A DNA stretch of 64,000 nt from an uncultured bacterium (GTDB lineage: Bacteria; Patescibacteriota; Minisyncoccia; UBA6257; 2-01-FULL-56-20): positions 363,989 to 427,988 of the forward strand of contig CAVOJZ010000002.1 of the NCBI GenBank assembly GCA_963696395.1, written 5' to 3'. Below, piece after piece: positions 47,418 to 56,908 of this stretch. How positions within the stretch are numbered: the first letter of the stretch is position 1; every line of letters begins with the position of its first letter. The notes below the pieces were generated by a model, which was not told the origin of the DNA, made no database searches, and worked only from the letters and a program-made list of their open reading frames with translations. The translations under genes and the position numbers were made by a program.

Positions 47418-47422
47418 ACCTT

Positions 47423-48409
47423 ATGAAACAAGTTCTCGTATCAGGGATGCAGCCAACCGGCCGATTGCACATCGGCAATTATTTGGGCGCTCTCAAAAAT
47501 CTTGTGGACCTGCAAAACTCAGGAAAGTACGATTGTTACTTCCCCGTTGTGGACCTCCATTCGATCACTGAAAATTTCAGTCCGAAAGAAAAAACGCAGC
47601 AAATCCTTTCGCTCGCCGCCGATTACCTCGCTGCCGGGCTCGACCCGAAAAAATCCACCATTTTTCTCCAATCGCATGTTGCGGCGCATTCCGAACTCGC
47701 ATGGATTTTAAGTACCGTCGCGCCGATGGGCGAACTCGAGCGAATGACGCAATTTAAGGACAAGGCGAGCCGGCAAGCGCTGAACATCAATGTCGGCCTT
47801 TTTACGTATCCCGTGCTCATGGCTGCGGACATCGTCCTTTATAATGCGACCGCAGTCCCCGTTGGCGACGACCAACTCCAACACCTCGAACTCACGCGAA
47901 CGCTTGCCCGCAAATTTAACACCCGCTTCGGTGAAACCTTTATCGAGCCGAAAGGCGTTACCACCCAGACGTCACGGGTGATGAGCCTGAAAGACCCTTC
48001 AAAGAAAATGTCGAAGTCGCAGCCGGAAGGTTGTTTATTCCTCGACGATACGCCGAAAGAGATTGCCGAGAAGATTGCGCGGGCCGTCACAGACTCCGGA
48101 TCGGAGATTGATTATAATCCGGAGAAAAAACCCGGTCTTTCAAATCTGCTTGAGATATACGGCGCGCTCACCCACATGGAGCCGAAGATGGTTGCAAAAG
48201 AATTCGCCGGCGAAAAATATTCCGATCTCAAAAAACGCCTTGCGGAGGTTGTAGTGGACTATTTCGCGGAATACCGTGAACGAAAACTGGAATTGTTTTC
48301 GCACCCAAAGAAGCTTTTGGCAATCCTTCAGGATGGATCAAAAAAAGCGGCGAAAGTAGCCGACAAAAAGATGGAAGAGGTGCGGAAAAAAATCGGGATC
48401 GCGCTTTAG
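47423..48409 (+). CDS. trpS: tryptophanyl-tRNA synthetase
   Basis: [17 protein letters not shown] (HIGH) and KMSKS motifs, 328 aa. Confidence 0.9.
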   Translation: MKQVLVSGMQPTGRLHIGNYLGALKNLVDLQNSGKYDCYFPVVDLHSITENFSPKEKTQQILSLAADYLAAGLDPKKSTIFLQSHVAAHSELAWILSTVAPMGELERMTQFKDKASRQALNINVGLFTYPVLMAADIVLYNATAVPVGDDQLQHLELTRTLARKFNTRFGETFIEPKGVTTQTSRVMSLKDPSKKMSKSQPEGCLFLDDTPKEIAEKIARAVTDSGSEIDYNPEKKPGLSNLLEIYGALTHMEPKMVAKEFAGEKYSDLKKRLAEVVVDYFAEYRERKLELFSHPKKLLAILQDGSKKAAKVADKKMEEVRKKIGIAL

Positions 48410-48411
48410 CG

Positions 48412-51400
48412 TTATACCTTTCGAATTGCAACCCACGCCTCCTGCCCCTCAATCTGCGTCGCCTGCTCCGCGATAAACTTATCCGACCGCTTGTATTCAA
48501 TTGCCTTTGCACCGACTTCGGCCTTGAACAACGCCTCATTATTTTCTATCGCCGTTTTGGCGTCGCCTTGCAGTTGAAGTAAAACGGCAATTCTGTCTTT
48601 CGGCGAAAGCCCGGCCTTCTGCCGCAATTCCTGCACCATACGCACAAAATCACGCAACAACCCTTCCTGCCGCAGAGCGGGCGTTATCGTTGTATCGAGC
48701 TCACAGGCCTCCGCCATTAAGCGGGCCTTGGCTGGCGGCACCACCAAAACTTTTTTCACGTTCACTTCGTCGGCCAAAATTGCAAGCAGGGGTTTAAGGG
48801 ATTTTAATGTCTGATCTTTCACCCGAAACTCCGCGAGCGGCTGGCGCACTTTGATTCCCGCTTCCGAACGCTTCCCGAGCCCGTGCGCCGCAAGATCTCT
48901 GACCGCTTTCATTCCCGCAATCATTTTTTTATCAACCGCTTTTTTATCCGCGGACGGCCAGGCGTCCAGATGAACCGACTCGAACGCTCCGCCAAGCGGT
49001 GCATACAAGATTTCCGAAAAGAATGGCGTGAATGGTGCCATCAGTTTCACGAGCGTGAGCAACGCGTGTCCGAGCATCGCCGATGCGGCTTTGTAATCGG
49101 CTGCGTTATCGGGTTTTTGGAGTCTCCGACGAGAGCGACGGATATACCATCGGGAAAGATCGTCAACGAGCGTTTCGATTTCAAGGGCGGCTTCGCGAAT
49201 CTCATATTGGTTTACATGTTCAGTCACCGAAAGGGTCGCTTCATTCAGCCGAGCAAAAATCCATGCGTCGAGTGCGTTTTTTGTACTGATCGCTCTGGCT
49301 TTCTGGTCGGCGTAGGTTCTCCAGAAAATAAATGAGTTGTAGACAATGAGATGCACGCGCCGAAAAGCTTTTGCAACTTCGCGGTCATCGAAATTTTTCG
49401 GCTCGCCAAGCGGAACGCTCGTATAGAAATACCACCTGAGCGCATCCACGCCCTGAGCGTCGATCATCGAAAACGGTTCGACAATGTTGCCCTTTGACTT
49501 GGACATCTTCTGCCCGAATTTGTCATTGATAAGGCCGAGCGCCACAACGTTCTTGTAGGGTGCCTGATAGCCAAGCGCTGTTGCGATGGCAAGAAGTGTA
49601 TAGAACCAGCCCCTCGTCTGATCCATACCTTCGGCAATATATTCCGCCGGATAATCGAGTTTTGATAATGTTTTAGCTCCGACGTTTTTACCTTCTGCCG
49701 CCACGCTGAACGGATAATGAGACTGTGCATACGGCATTGCTCCCGAGTCGTACCAGACGTCGGCGACTTCGCGGACCCGCTTCATGATTCCTTTTTTGCA
49801 ATGAGCACATGGGAAATCGATCGTGTCCGCGAATGGCCGGTGGAGGTCAACTTCGCCCGTGTCGTTTCGGGGAACCACCTTCACGCGCAAACTGCGGATC
49901 TCTGCAAAACCGATAAAGTCGTCACCGCGCGCTTCCTTCTCGACAACCGCGCGCTTCTTGCTCCACCCTTCCGCCGCCTGCGTAAGCATCCACGTTGGAT
50001 ATTCATGCGTCACGAGCAGGATATTTTTGCCTTCATGCTTCGCCTCGCATTTTTTTATAAACTCCCACGTGCGGGTTCGAAGATCAACCAACGACTCCCC
50101 TCCCTCCGGCCGCTCCGCAAACCGCGATTCATAGGTCGGAAACATCTCGCCGTATTTCTTATCTTTATATCCCGTAAGTTTCGGCCCCAAATGAATTTCT
50201 TCGATCGCCGAATCAAGCATTGGCTTCACGCCCAAAATTTCGCCGACGATAGCCGCCGTTTCCATGGTTCGTGCAACGTCAGAATCAATAAGCACATCGA
50301 TTTTCGCGCGATGCTTGCCGAGTGACTTCTTAAATTCCTCCGCCGCCTTCGCAGCCTGTTTTTTGCCGCGTGGGGTAAGCTTTAAGTTTTTCCGTTGACC
50401 CGAATCGATAATATGAAATACGTTTGCCTCGGATTCGCCGTGCCGCATAATCCAATAGTTATTCTTTGAACCGCCCGCGAGTTCATCCAACGAATCCAGA
50501 CTCGAAACGACATCGGTGTGCCCGCACGATGCACATTCCCAGATGGGAAGCGGAGCGCCCCAATAACGCTCCCTCGAAAGATTCCAATCTTTTGCCTCCT
50601 TAATCCATTCGCCAAATCTGCCGTCTTTCACGTGTTCGGGCATCCAGTTGATGGTTTTATTTCGGGCCATGAGCTCCTTTCGCAAACCGCTCATGCCGAT
50701 AAACCACGACGTTCGGGCGTAATATAAAATTGCCGTTCCACAGCGCCAACAATATGGATATTCGTGAGTGTAAGTTTCGGTTCGCAAAAGATTTCCATTC
50801 GCCTTGAGATGGGCGAAAATCTTTTCCTCGGCGTCCTTCGACTTCACGTACAATCCCGCAAGTCCTTTCACGTCCGCTTTAAACTTTCCCTCTTCATCAA
50901 CCGTATGCTTTTCCGGAAGACCTATTCGTTTTCCGAGTGCATAGTCATCTTCGCCGTACATCACGGCAGTATGCACGACGCCGGTGCCGTCGGTCGTCGT
51001 CACAAAATCAGCAGGATACACCTTGTACGACGACGACGTTTTGAGGGCAGGGACAGCAAAAAGCGGTTCGTATTCCAATCCCACCAATTGCGAGCCTGTG
51101 ATTTTTCGCGGAGCGCTTCCGCCATCGAGACCCAAGTCTTTCAGCCGATCCTCCGCTGCGATCAAGTATTCCCCGTCTTTTTCCACGGCGTAATACGGTA
51201 TCTTCGGGCCAACCGCAAGCGCGACGTTTCCCGGCAACGTCCAAGGGGTTGTCGTCCACGACAATATATATATTTTGTCCGAAGGTTCAATTGTATGATC
51301 GCCAATCTTTTGCCCGGGTTTTAATCTAAATTTAACGTACACCGAATTATCCACGGTTTCCTTATATCCCTGAGCGAGCTCGTGCGAAGAAAGCGACGTT

Positions 51401-51981
51401 CCACACCGCGTGCACCACGGCACGACTTTATGCCCTTTATAGAGCAATTTTCGTTTTGAAATCTCGCTCAACGTCCACCATAGCGTCTCAATATATTCCG
51501 GTTCGTAGGTGATGTAGGCATTTTTTAGATCCAGCCAATACCCGATCCGGTTGGTAAGCTTTTCCCAATCATCTTTATAAAGCCACACCTGTTCTTTTGC
51601 CTTTTCGTTAAAAAGCTTGATGCCGAATTTTTCGATTTCTTTTTTCGATTTAAGTCCAAGCGCTTTTTCCGCGGCCATCTCCACCGGAAGGCCATGCGTG
51701 TCCCATCCCGCACGGCGCGGAACAAAATATCCCTGCATCGTTTTATAACGCAGGACCACATCCTTCACGACACGCGAAAGCACGTGATGAATGCCCGGCT
51801 TGCCGTTGGCGTACGGCGGACCTTCGTAGAAAATAAACTTCTTCCTTGCCGGCTTGGCCAGCGATTTTTCAAAAATATGTTCCGCATTCCAAAAATCCAA
51901 AACTTTTTCCTCGAGTTTTGGGAGGTTAAATTCGCCTTCTAAAAAATGATGTGCGGTTTTTTGTTTTGGCTTCCGTGGCAT
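48412..51981 (-). CDS. ileS: isoleucyl-tRNA synthetase carrying an inserted histidine-phosphatase (PGAM-like) domain
   Basis: PPYANGKPGIHH (HIGH variant), WDTHGLPVE, Zn-ligand pairs flanking CP1 (CTRC...CWRC), QKMSKSKGN, and an anticodon-binding region. It is 1189 aa, against roughly 900-1050 for typical IleRS. The extra ~230 aa (residues ~495-725) contain IMRHGESEAN, LTPRGKKQA, SDVARTMETA and LLVTHEYP. Confidence 0.9.
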   Translation of the reverse strand: MPRKPKQKTAHHFLEGEFNLPKLEEKVLDFWNAEHIFEKSLAKPARKKFIFYEGPPYANGKPGIHHVLSRVVKDVVLRYKTMQGYFVPRRAGWDTHGLPVEMAAEKALGLKSKKEIEKFGIKLFNEKAKEQVWLYKDDWEKLTNRIGYWLDLKNAYITYEPEYIETLWWTLSEISKRKLLYKGHKVVPWCTRCGTSLSSHELAQGYKETVDNSVYVKFRLKPGQKIGDHTIEPSDKIYILSWTTTPWTLPGNVALAVGPKIPYYAVEKDGEYLIAAEDRLKDLGLDGGSAPRKITGSQLVGLEYEPLFAVPALKTSSSYKVYPADFVTTTDGTGVVHTAVMYGEDDYALGKRIGLPEKHTVDEEGKFKADVKGLAGLYVKSKDAEEKIFAHLKANGNLLRTETYTHEYPYCWRCGTAILYYARTSWFIGMSGLRKELMARNKTINWMPEHVKDGRFGEWIKEAKDWNLSRERYWGAPLPIWECASCGHTDVVSSLDSLDELAGGSKNNYWIMRHGESEANVFHIIDSGQRKNLKLTPRGKKQAAKAAEEFKKSLGKHRAKIDVLIDSDVARTMETAAIVGEILGVKPMLDSAIEEIHLGPKLTGYKDKKYGEMFPTYESRFAERPEGGESLVDLRTRTWEFIKKCEAKHEGKNILLVTHEYPTWMLTQAAEGWSKKRAVVEKEARGDDFIGFAEIRSLRVKVVPRNDTGEVDLHRPFADTIDFPCAHCKKGIMKRVREVADVWYDSGAMPYAQSHYPFSVAAEGKNVGAKTLSKLDYPAEYIAEGMDQTRGWFYTLLAIATALGYQAPYKNVVALGLINDKFGQKMSKSKGNIVEPFSMIDAQGVDALRWYFYTSVPLGEPKNFDDREVAKAFRRVHLIVYNSFIFWRTYADQKARAISTKNALDAWIFARLNEATLSVTEHVNQYEIREAALEIETLVDDLSRWYIRRSRRRLQKPDNAADYKAASAMLGHALLTLVKLMAPFTPFFSEILYAPLGGAFESVHLDAWPSADKKAVDKKMIAGMKAVRDLAAHGLGKRSEAGIKVRQPLAEFRVKDQTLKSLKPLLAILADEVNVKKVLVVPPAKARLMAEACELDTTITPALRQEGLLRDFVRMVQELRQKAGLSPKDRIAVLLQLQGDAKTAIENNEALFKAEVGAKAIEYKRSDKFIAEQATQIEGQEAWVAIRKV

Positions 51982-52023
51982 ACCTCATAAAATACCAGAA
52001 AAAACGGCTCTCGGAAAGCGGGG

Positions 52024-53745
52024 CTAGATTTTTTCCGGCGCTTCGATGCCAAGCAGTCCGAGCCCCGAACGAAGCGTCCGGGCGGCTACAGCAACTAGCA
52101 TCAGGCGGGCGTCGCGCCGCTTTACGTCTTCATCTTTCAATATAGGCGTCGTTTCATAGAACTTGTTTGCGGCGACGGCGAGCTTGTAGAGATAGGTTGC
52201 AAGCGTACTCGTGGCGTACAATCCGGCGGCCTTCTCCACGACTTCAGGAAATTCAAAAATCTTCCGAATGAGGCCGAGTTCGACATCGGATTCCAGAAGC
52301 GACGCGTCGGCTTTCGTGATTTTCGATTCGACGAGTTCTGATTTGCGGATAATACTGCGCAAGCGCGCGTACGCGTATTGCAGATATGGTCCGCTGTCGC
52401 CGCTCCAATCGAGCATTTTCTCCCAGTCGAAAACAATGTCGGTCATGCGATTCTCCTTGAGGTCGTTGTAACGCAAGGCACCGATCCCGACGGCGCGCGC
52501 GACGCCATCTTTTTCTTTGGCGGAAAGATCTTTGTTTTTTTCTTCAACGGTTTTCCGCGCAAGCGTGACGGCTTTTTCAATAACCTGCTTCATGGAAACA
52601 CTTCTCCCTTCGCGGGTCGAAAGCTTTTTGCCGCTATCGCCAAGGACGAGACCGTATTTCAAATGCACGAGTTCGGCAGCGTTCCACTTGAGTCGCGCCG
52701 CGATCGCAAAAAGCTGCTCGAAATGCAAAGCCTGCTCGTTTGCGACGACATAAAGAATTTTGGCGGGTTTATATTTTTTCAGGCGGTATTCGAGGTTCGC
52801 TATATCGCGGGTAAGATAGAGGCTTGCGCCGTCTGATTTCTCGATAAGCGCCGGCGGAAGGTTTTCTTCGTCGAGCTTCACGACGAGCGCTCCTTCGCTT
52901 CTTTCCGCGATCTGCTTATCAACCAATTCCTGCGTGGCCGGCTTCAGTGCGTCTTCAAAAAAACTTTCGCCGACCCATACATCAAAATCAACACCAAGTA
53001 TCTTATACATCGCCTTGAATTCAGTGAGGGATTCTTTCTTAAACCATTCCCATAATTTTCTGTTTTCCCGGTCGCCGGTTTCGAGCTTCTTAAATTCCTC
53101 CTGGCCGCGCTTTTCGAGTTCAGGATCCGTTTTTGCCTCTTCGTGAAACCGCACGTACAATCTCTGCAGCTCTTCGACCGGCTGCTTCTCGACGTCTTCT
53201 TTTTTGCCCCACAATTTATATGCAGCAATCAACTTTCCAAACTGTGTTCCCCAATCGCCAAGATAATTCCAACGCACCACTTTATATCCGGAAAATTCGA
53301 GTAGGCGCGCAAGAGCGTCGCCGATGATCGTTGTACGAAAATGGCCGAGATTCATCGTCTTTGCGATGTTTACCGATGAATATTCCACGATAACTTTCTT
53401 CCCGGCGCCATGCTTATTTGCACCGAAATGCTTATCGCGCGCAACGCGGGCAAATTCAGCTTGCAGCGTTTTCTCGCTTAACCAAAAATTAATGAATCCC
53501 GGCGGTTCGGCTTGGACTTTTTCAAAAAATCCCGCGGGAGCCGCAGCGGTTATTTTCCCGGCGAGCCCATGCGCCAATTCAACAGGCTTCTTTCCTTGTG
53601 TCTTCGCGAGCCGCATCGCCAGATTCGTAGAATAGTGCCCGAATTGGCTGTCTTCCGGAACCGAAAGCGATGTCGCAATTATTTCGGGGCTAGGAATGTC
53701 GTGCCTGAGTGTTTTCTCTAAAATTTCGATTATGGCGGCTTTCAT
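52024..53745 (-). CDS. argS: arginyl-tRNA synthetase
   Basis: The N-terminal Arg-tRNA-binding domain, then VEYSSVNIAKTMNLGHFRTTIIGDALARL (HIGH-region variant), then the DALR anticodon-binding region. Start at the internal ATG at 53745. Confidence 0.85.
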   Translation of the reverse strand: MKAAIIEILEKTLRHDIPSPEIIATSLSVPEDSQFGHYSTNLAMRLAKTQGKKPVELAHGLAGKITAAAPAGFFEKVQAEPPGFINFWLSEKTLQAEFARVARDKHFGANKHGAGKKVIVEYSSVNIAKTMNLGHFRTTIIGDALARLLEFSGYKVVRWNYLGDWGTQFGKLIAAYKLWGKKEDVEKQPVEELQRLYVRFHEEAKTDPELEKRGQEEFKKLETGDRENRKLWEWFKKESLTEFKAMYKILGVDFDVWVGESFFEDALKPATQELVDKQIAERSEGALVVKLDEENLPPALIEKSDGASLYLTRDIANLEYRLKKYKPAKILYVVANEQALHFEQLFAIAARLKWNAAELVHLKYGLVLGDSGKKLSTREGRSVSMKQVIEKAVTLARKTVEEKNKDLSAKEKDGVARAVGIGALRYNDLKENRMTDIVFDWEKMLDWSGDSGPYLQYAYARLRSIIRKSELVESKITKADASLLESDVELGLIRKIFEFPEVVEKAAGLYATSTLATYLYKLAVAANKFYETTPILKDEDVKRRDARLMLVAVAARTLRSGLGLLGIEAPEKI

Positions 53746-53963
53746 AGGTGATATTTGACGTGCCCTCGGCAACAAGGATAATGATGGTGGGCGGCGGCTG
53801 ATGCTTTCTCTTCCCACTAGAGACAAGCATGGCAAGTGTTCCTTTCCGGGTCGCTGCCCATTATTTCTTACCGCTCTTTGTCCATTGCCCGGCTTACCTT
53901 AGTAAAAATACATCGAAACGAGTTCTATAACAAACCGTGGCGCACAAAGCCCGGTTTTTAGTT

Positions 53964-53969
53964 ACAATA
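53964..53969 (+). promoter_or_regulatory. -10-like hexamer TACAAT 5 nt upstream of the smpB ATG (leaderless-type promoter candidate)
   Basis: gtTACAATaatcatATG. Confidence 0.3.
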
Positions 53970-53974
53970 ATCAT

Positions 53975-54412
53975 ATGGAGCCAATCGCGGAAAATCGGCG
54001 GGCACGCTTCGATTATGAAATCTCGGACACCTTCGAGGCGGGCATTGAGTTGCGCGGACACGAAGTGAAAAGTGTGAAAGCGGGACATTTCCAAATCGCA
54101 GGAGCCAGAGTTTTGATCCGCGGCGGCGAAGCGTGGCTTGTGAATTCACACATTCCACCGTATCAACCAAAAAATATGCCCGCAGGATATGAAGAAGATC
54201 GCACACGCCGCCTCCTGCTGACGAAGGATGAGATAAATACTCTCACCGGATCATTGCAGGAGAAAGGAAATCTTTTGATACCGTTGCAGGCATATCTCAA
54301 GCATCATTTCATTAAACTGCAGCTCGGGCTCGGCCGGACGCGCAAGAAATCCGACAAACGCGAAGTCCTGAAAAAGCGCTCGCACGACCGCGAAATGCGG
54401 TCCGAAGCATAG
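53975..54412 (+). CDS. smpB: SsrA-binding protein SmpB
   Basis: ENRRARFDYEI...GIELRGHEVKSVK...LLL is the canonical SmpB sequence. Confidence 0.9.
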   Translation: MEPIAENRRARFDYEISDTFEAGIELRGHEVKSVKAGHFQIAGARVLIRGGEAWLVNSHIPPYQPKNMPAGYEEDRTRRLLLTKDEINTLTGSLQEKGNLLIPLQAYLKHHFIKLQLGLGRTRKKSDKREVLKKRSHDREMRSEA

Positions 54413-54463
54413 ATTTTACGGCTTTCCCCATAGCACTCGACAAAATAAGAAATTTGTTGTAAA

Positions 54464-54988
54464 ATGTACGACGTGGGACTTTGGAGGCCCACGAACGTGA
54501 ACAAATTGGCTGTATCGATTGCTGTCTACGGTGTAGTTATTCTGCTAGCAATGAGTTCGAGCTCACTGCCAGCGGTCGCGCAAAACACTTCAACGTTCCA
54601 GCCGATCAAGCGCTTCTCGGTTGAAGCCCTTGTGATGTCACCGAAGAACGTCGAACGGGTTGACCATGTTGACCCGATCGATCGTGCCTTTAAGGCATCG
54701 CAGTGGTATCTCCGCGGGGCGACTGTGGTCGATATGTCGACCACAGTTATTGGCATGGAATATGCTCATGGTGTTGAAACCGGTTGGGGAAGATGCTTCG
54801 GGCCTCACAACACTTCCGCGGTTGTAGCGTGGAATGTTGGGTTGAATCTCGGGACTGAATTCCTAAGCCGGAAAATATACCAGAGGGGAGGTAAATGGAA
54901 ATACGTCGCCACCGGATTGAACGTGCTGAAGGGCACGGGCAACCTGGCAGCCGGTTTCCATAACGCGAGCTACATCGAAAGACACTAG
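54464..54988 (+). CDS. hypothetical secreted protein
   Basis: 174 aa. A signal-peptide-like segment LAVSIAVYGVVILLAMSSSSLPAVAQ, with no recognisable domain. Confidence 0.3.
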   Translation: MYDVGLWRPTNVNKLAVSIAVYGVVILLAMSSSSLPAVAQNTSTFQPIKRFSVEALVMSPKNVERVDHVDPIDRAFKASQWYLRGATVVDMSTTVIGMEYAHGVETGWGRCFGPHNTSAVVAWNVGLNLGTEFLSRKIYQRGGKWKYVATGLNVLKGTGNLAAGFHNASYIERH

Positions 54989-55004
54989 CATTGCCGAAGG
55001 CTCG

Positions 55005-55043
55005 GGCTAGCGGCCAACCTTTGGCGGCCGCTAGCCATTTTTA
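55005..55043 (+). terminator. rho-independent terminator after the smpB/54464 unit
   Basis: An 11-bp GC-rich stem ggctagcggcc/ggccgctagcc with a 10-nt loop, followed by attttt. Confidence 0.6.
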
Positions 55044-55203
55044 CCCCATTTTCTGGGCATCCTAGAGGGTATTGACTTTATTGATAGCTCCTGTAAGATA
55101 AAGGAAGGACATTTAGTAGTACAGGGTGGCCAGGTGAGTGAATTCAAAGTCCAATCTCCAATTGGAATTGAAATTTGCCACCAAGTGCGCCCCATCGTAG
55201 TCC

Positions 55204-55240
55204 CAGCCTGACGCTCGAACGTCAGGCTGTTCTTTTTTTT
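55204..55240 (+). terminator. strong rho-independent terminator 17 nt upstream of the uppP start codon
   Basis: A 10-bp stem cagcctgacg/cgtcaggctg with a 6-nt loop, followed by ttcttttttttaa. Confidence 0.7.
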
Positions 55241-55257
55241 AATGTTAAAATTTTCAC

Positions 55258-56118
55258 ATGGTCTCTCTCTCGCAAGCAATCATCCTCGGACTCGTCCAGG
55301 GCATCACGGAACTTTTTCCGATCTCGAGTCTTGGCCATAGCGTCCTCGTGCCGGGACTCCTCGGTTGGAACATCAACCAAAATGCCGATGCGTTCCTAAC
55401 ATTCCTTGTCGCAACCCATTTCGCGACCGCTCTTGTTCTTCTTTTTATATATCGCAAAGATTGGTGGCGGATTATCAAAGGAATCTTCCGATCCTTGGCC
55501 GCGCGAGAAGTGAGCGATAAAGATCCGGATGCAAAATTGGGATGGCTCCTTGTTGTGAGCACCATCCCTGCCGGAATCATCGGCCTTCTTCTTAAAGACC
55601 AGATCACCGGCTTCTTCCTCTCGCCTCGCTCAGCGGCGCTTTTTCTCGTTCTGAATGGTGTGCTTCTGTGGGCTGCTGAAATTCTCCGCAAAAAAGCCAA
55701 AGAGTCCCCAGCACAAACAGCGGATACGGATCGACGCATTGCCGCCGAACTCACCTGGTGGCAGTCGGTGAAAGTGGGACTTCTCCAGGTGCTCGCCCTC
55801 ATTCCGGGATTCTCGCGGACCGGTTCAACGCTCGCGGGTAGCCTGCTCGCCGGCCTTTCGCACGAAGACGCTCTCCGCTATTCATTCCTTCTCGCCACGC
55901 CAATCATCGGAGCGGCGGCGGTGCTCGAACTTCCGCCCCTCATCGCAACCGCGGACGCTCAAACGCTGCTCATAACCCTCGCCGGCGCCCTTGCGGCAGC
56001 CGCGGCGGCATATGCATCCGTGAAGTTTCTGGTTCGTTATTTTAAGACGAAAACACTCGCGCCGTTTGCGGTTTATTGCGCCGCCGTCGGCATTATCGGG
56101 CTATTACTGATCAAATAA
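55258..56118 (+). CDS. uppP: undecaprenyl-diphosphate phosphatase (BacA/UppP)
   Basis: ILGLVQGITELFPISSLGHSVL...LSRTGSTL are the UppP signature motifs. Confidence 0.85.
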   Translation: MVSLSQAIILGLVQGITELFPISSLGHSVLVPGLLGWNINQNADAFLTFLVATHFATALVLLFIYRKDWWRIIKGIFRSLAAREVSDKDPDAKLGWLLVVSTIPAGIIGLLLKDQITGFFLSPRSAALFLVLNGVLLWAAEILRKKAKESPAQTADTDRRIAAELTWWQSVKVGLLQVLALIPGFSRTGSTLAGSLLAGLSHEDALRYSFLLATPIIGAAAVLELPPLIATADAQTLLITLAGALAAAAAAYASVKFLVRYFKTKTLAPFAVYCAAVGIIGLLLIK

Positions 56119-56121
56119 AAG

Positions 56122-56343
56122 CTAGGCTTTCTTCTTTCCGCTCTCAAACCAGGCAAAGATAAACAGCGCAATCGCAACCACGAAGGCTGCTATGCCGTGC
56201 TTCGTATGGACGCCGGCAAGCGTCGGGTCAAAACCGGGGAAAAATGACGGAAGGGCATTTGCGGGAGTCGTCCAATATACGAACGCGACGTAAAGACACA
56301 CGAGCCCGATCACTATCGCAACAATCATTAACGCTTTTTTCAT
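56122..56343 (-). CDS. small 2-TM membrane protein (hypothetical)
   Basis: 73 aa from the internal ATG (MKKALMIVAIVIGLVCLYVAF...), with two hydrophobic helices. Confidence 0.3.
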   Translation of the reverse strand: MKKALMIVAIVIGLVCLYVAFVYWTTPANALPSFFPGFDPTLAGVHTKHGIAAFVVAIALFIFAWFESGKKKA

Positions 56344-56359
56344 GGTTTCAGTATACCAT

Positions 56360-56908
56360 ATGGATATGGGGATCTGGGCACTCATCTCTGCGACATTTTT
56401 TATACAAGAGTTTGCGACAACGGCACTCGTGCTTGTTCTCGCCGAACACAGCAACATTCCCCTGTGGCCCATCCATATCATCTGGGCGGTGGCAACGATA
56501 GCCGACATGTACGTCGGCTATCTTCTTGGTTCGCTTCTCAAAAAACGGCTCAGTAAAAATAAATTTGTGGAAAAAATGGATGCGTGGGCGGAAGAATTCA
56601 CACAAGCGCTCGGCGGATATGGAGCCAATATCGCGCTTATGTTTCTCGGCATCATTAATTTCCCCTACCTCAATACATTCATCGCCGCATGGCTTGATGT
56701 CCCCTTAAACCTGGCGATTCTTTTCACGCTTATCGGAAATTTTATCTGGTACCTTTTGCTCTGGGGCACCGTGCTTGGTTTGACTTCATTTATTCATAAT
56801 CCAAGCATCATATTATTGATTATCATTGCCCTCGGCGCACTCGGGCATTTCGGATTGAAAGCAATCGAGCGGGCACGGGAAAGGAGTAAGACGACCAACG
56901 CCTCGTAA
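56360..56908 (+). CDS. hypothetical polytopic membrane protein
   Basis: About 180 aa with 4-5 hydrophobic helices and no recognisable motif. The start is uncertain (ATG at 56342, 56360 or 56366). Confidence 0.3.
   Translation: MDMGIWALISATFFIQEFATTALVLVLAEHSNIPLWPIHIIWAVATIADMYVGYLLGSLLKKRLSKNKFVEKMDAWAEEFTQALGGYGANIALMFLGIINFPYLNTFIAAWLDVPLNLAILFTLIGNFIWYLLLWGTVLGLTSFIHNPSIILLIIIALGALGHFGLKAIERARERSKTTNAS

Noticed and set aside
47247-47422. T-box riboswitch upstream of trpS
   Set aside because: No T-box consensus (AATTAGGGTGGNACCGCG-like) or specifier-loop architecture is evident. The -10 box sits 5 nt from the ATG, so the structured region lies upstream of the likely TSS and is more likely the rnj 3' structure.
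48412-51981. Possibility that the long ileS ORF is two genes (an aaRS plus a separate phosphatase) fused by a frameshift or assembly error
   Set aside because: The frame is continuous. The insert is flanked on both sides by canonical IleRS motifs (WEC-x-SCGH before, CAHC...DVWYDSG after) in the correct order, so it is an in-frame insertion and not a gene fusion. Read-level verification is still advisable.
55044-55257. tmRNA (ssrA) adjacent to smpB
   Set aside because: The region is only ~200 nt, whereas bacterial tmRNA is ~350 nt. It has no tRNA-like acceptor/T-arm and no tag-peptide reading frame ending in ...AA-stop.
55031-55279. Minus-strand 82-aa ORF in the smpB-uppP intergenic region
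   Set aside because: It spans two plus-strand terminator hairpins, and the product has no features. It is more likely non-coding.
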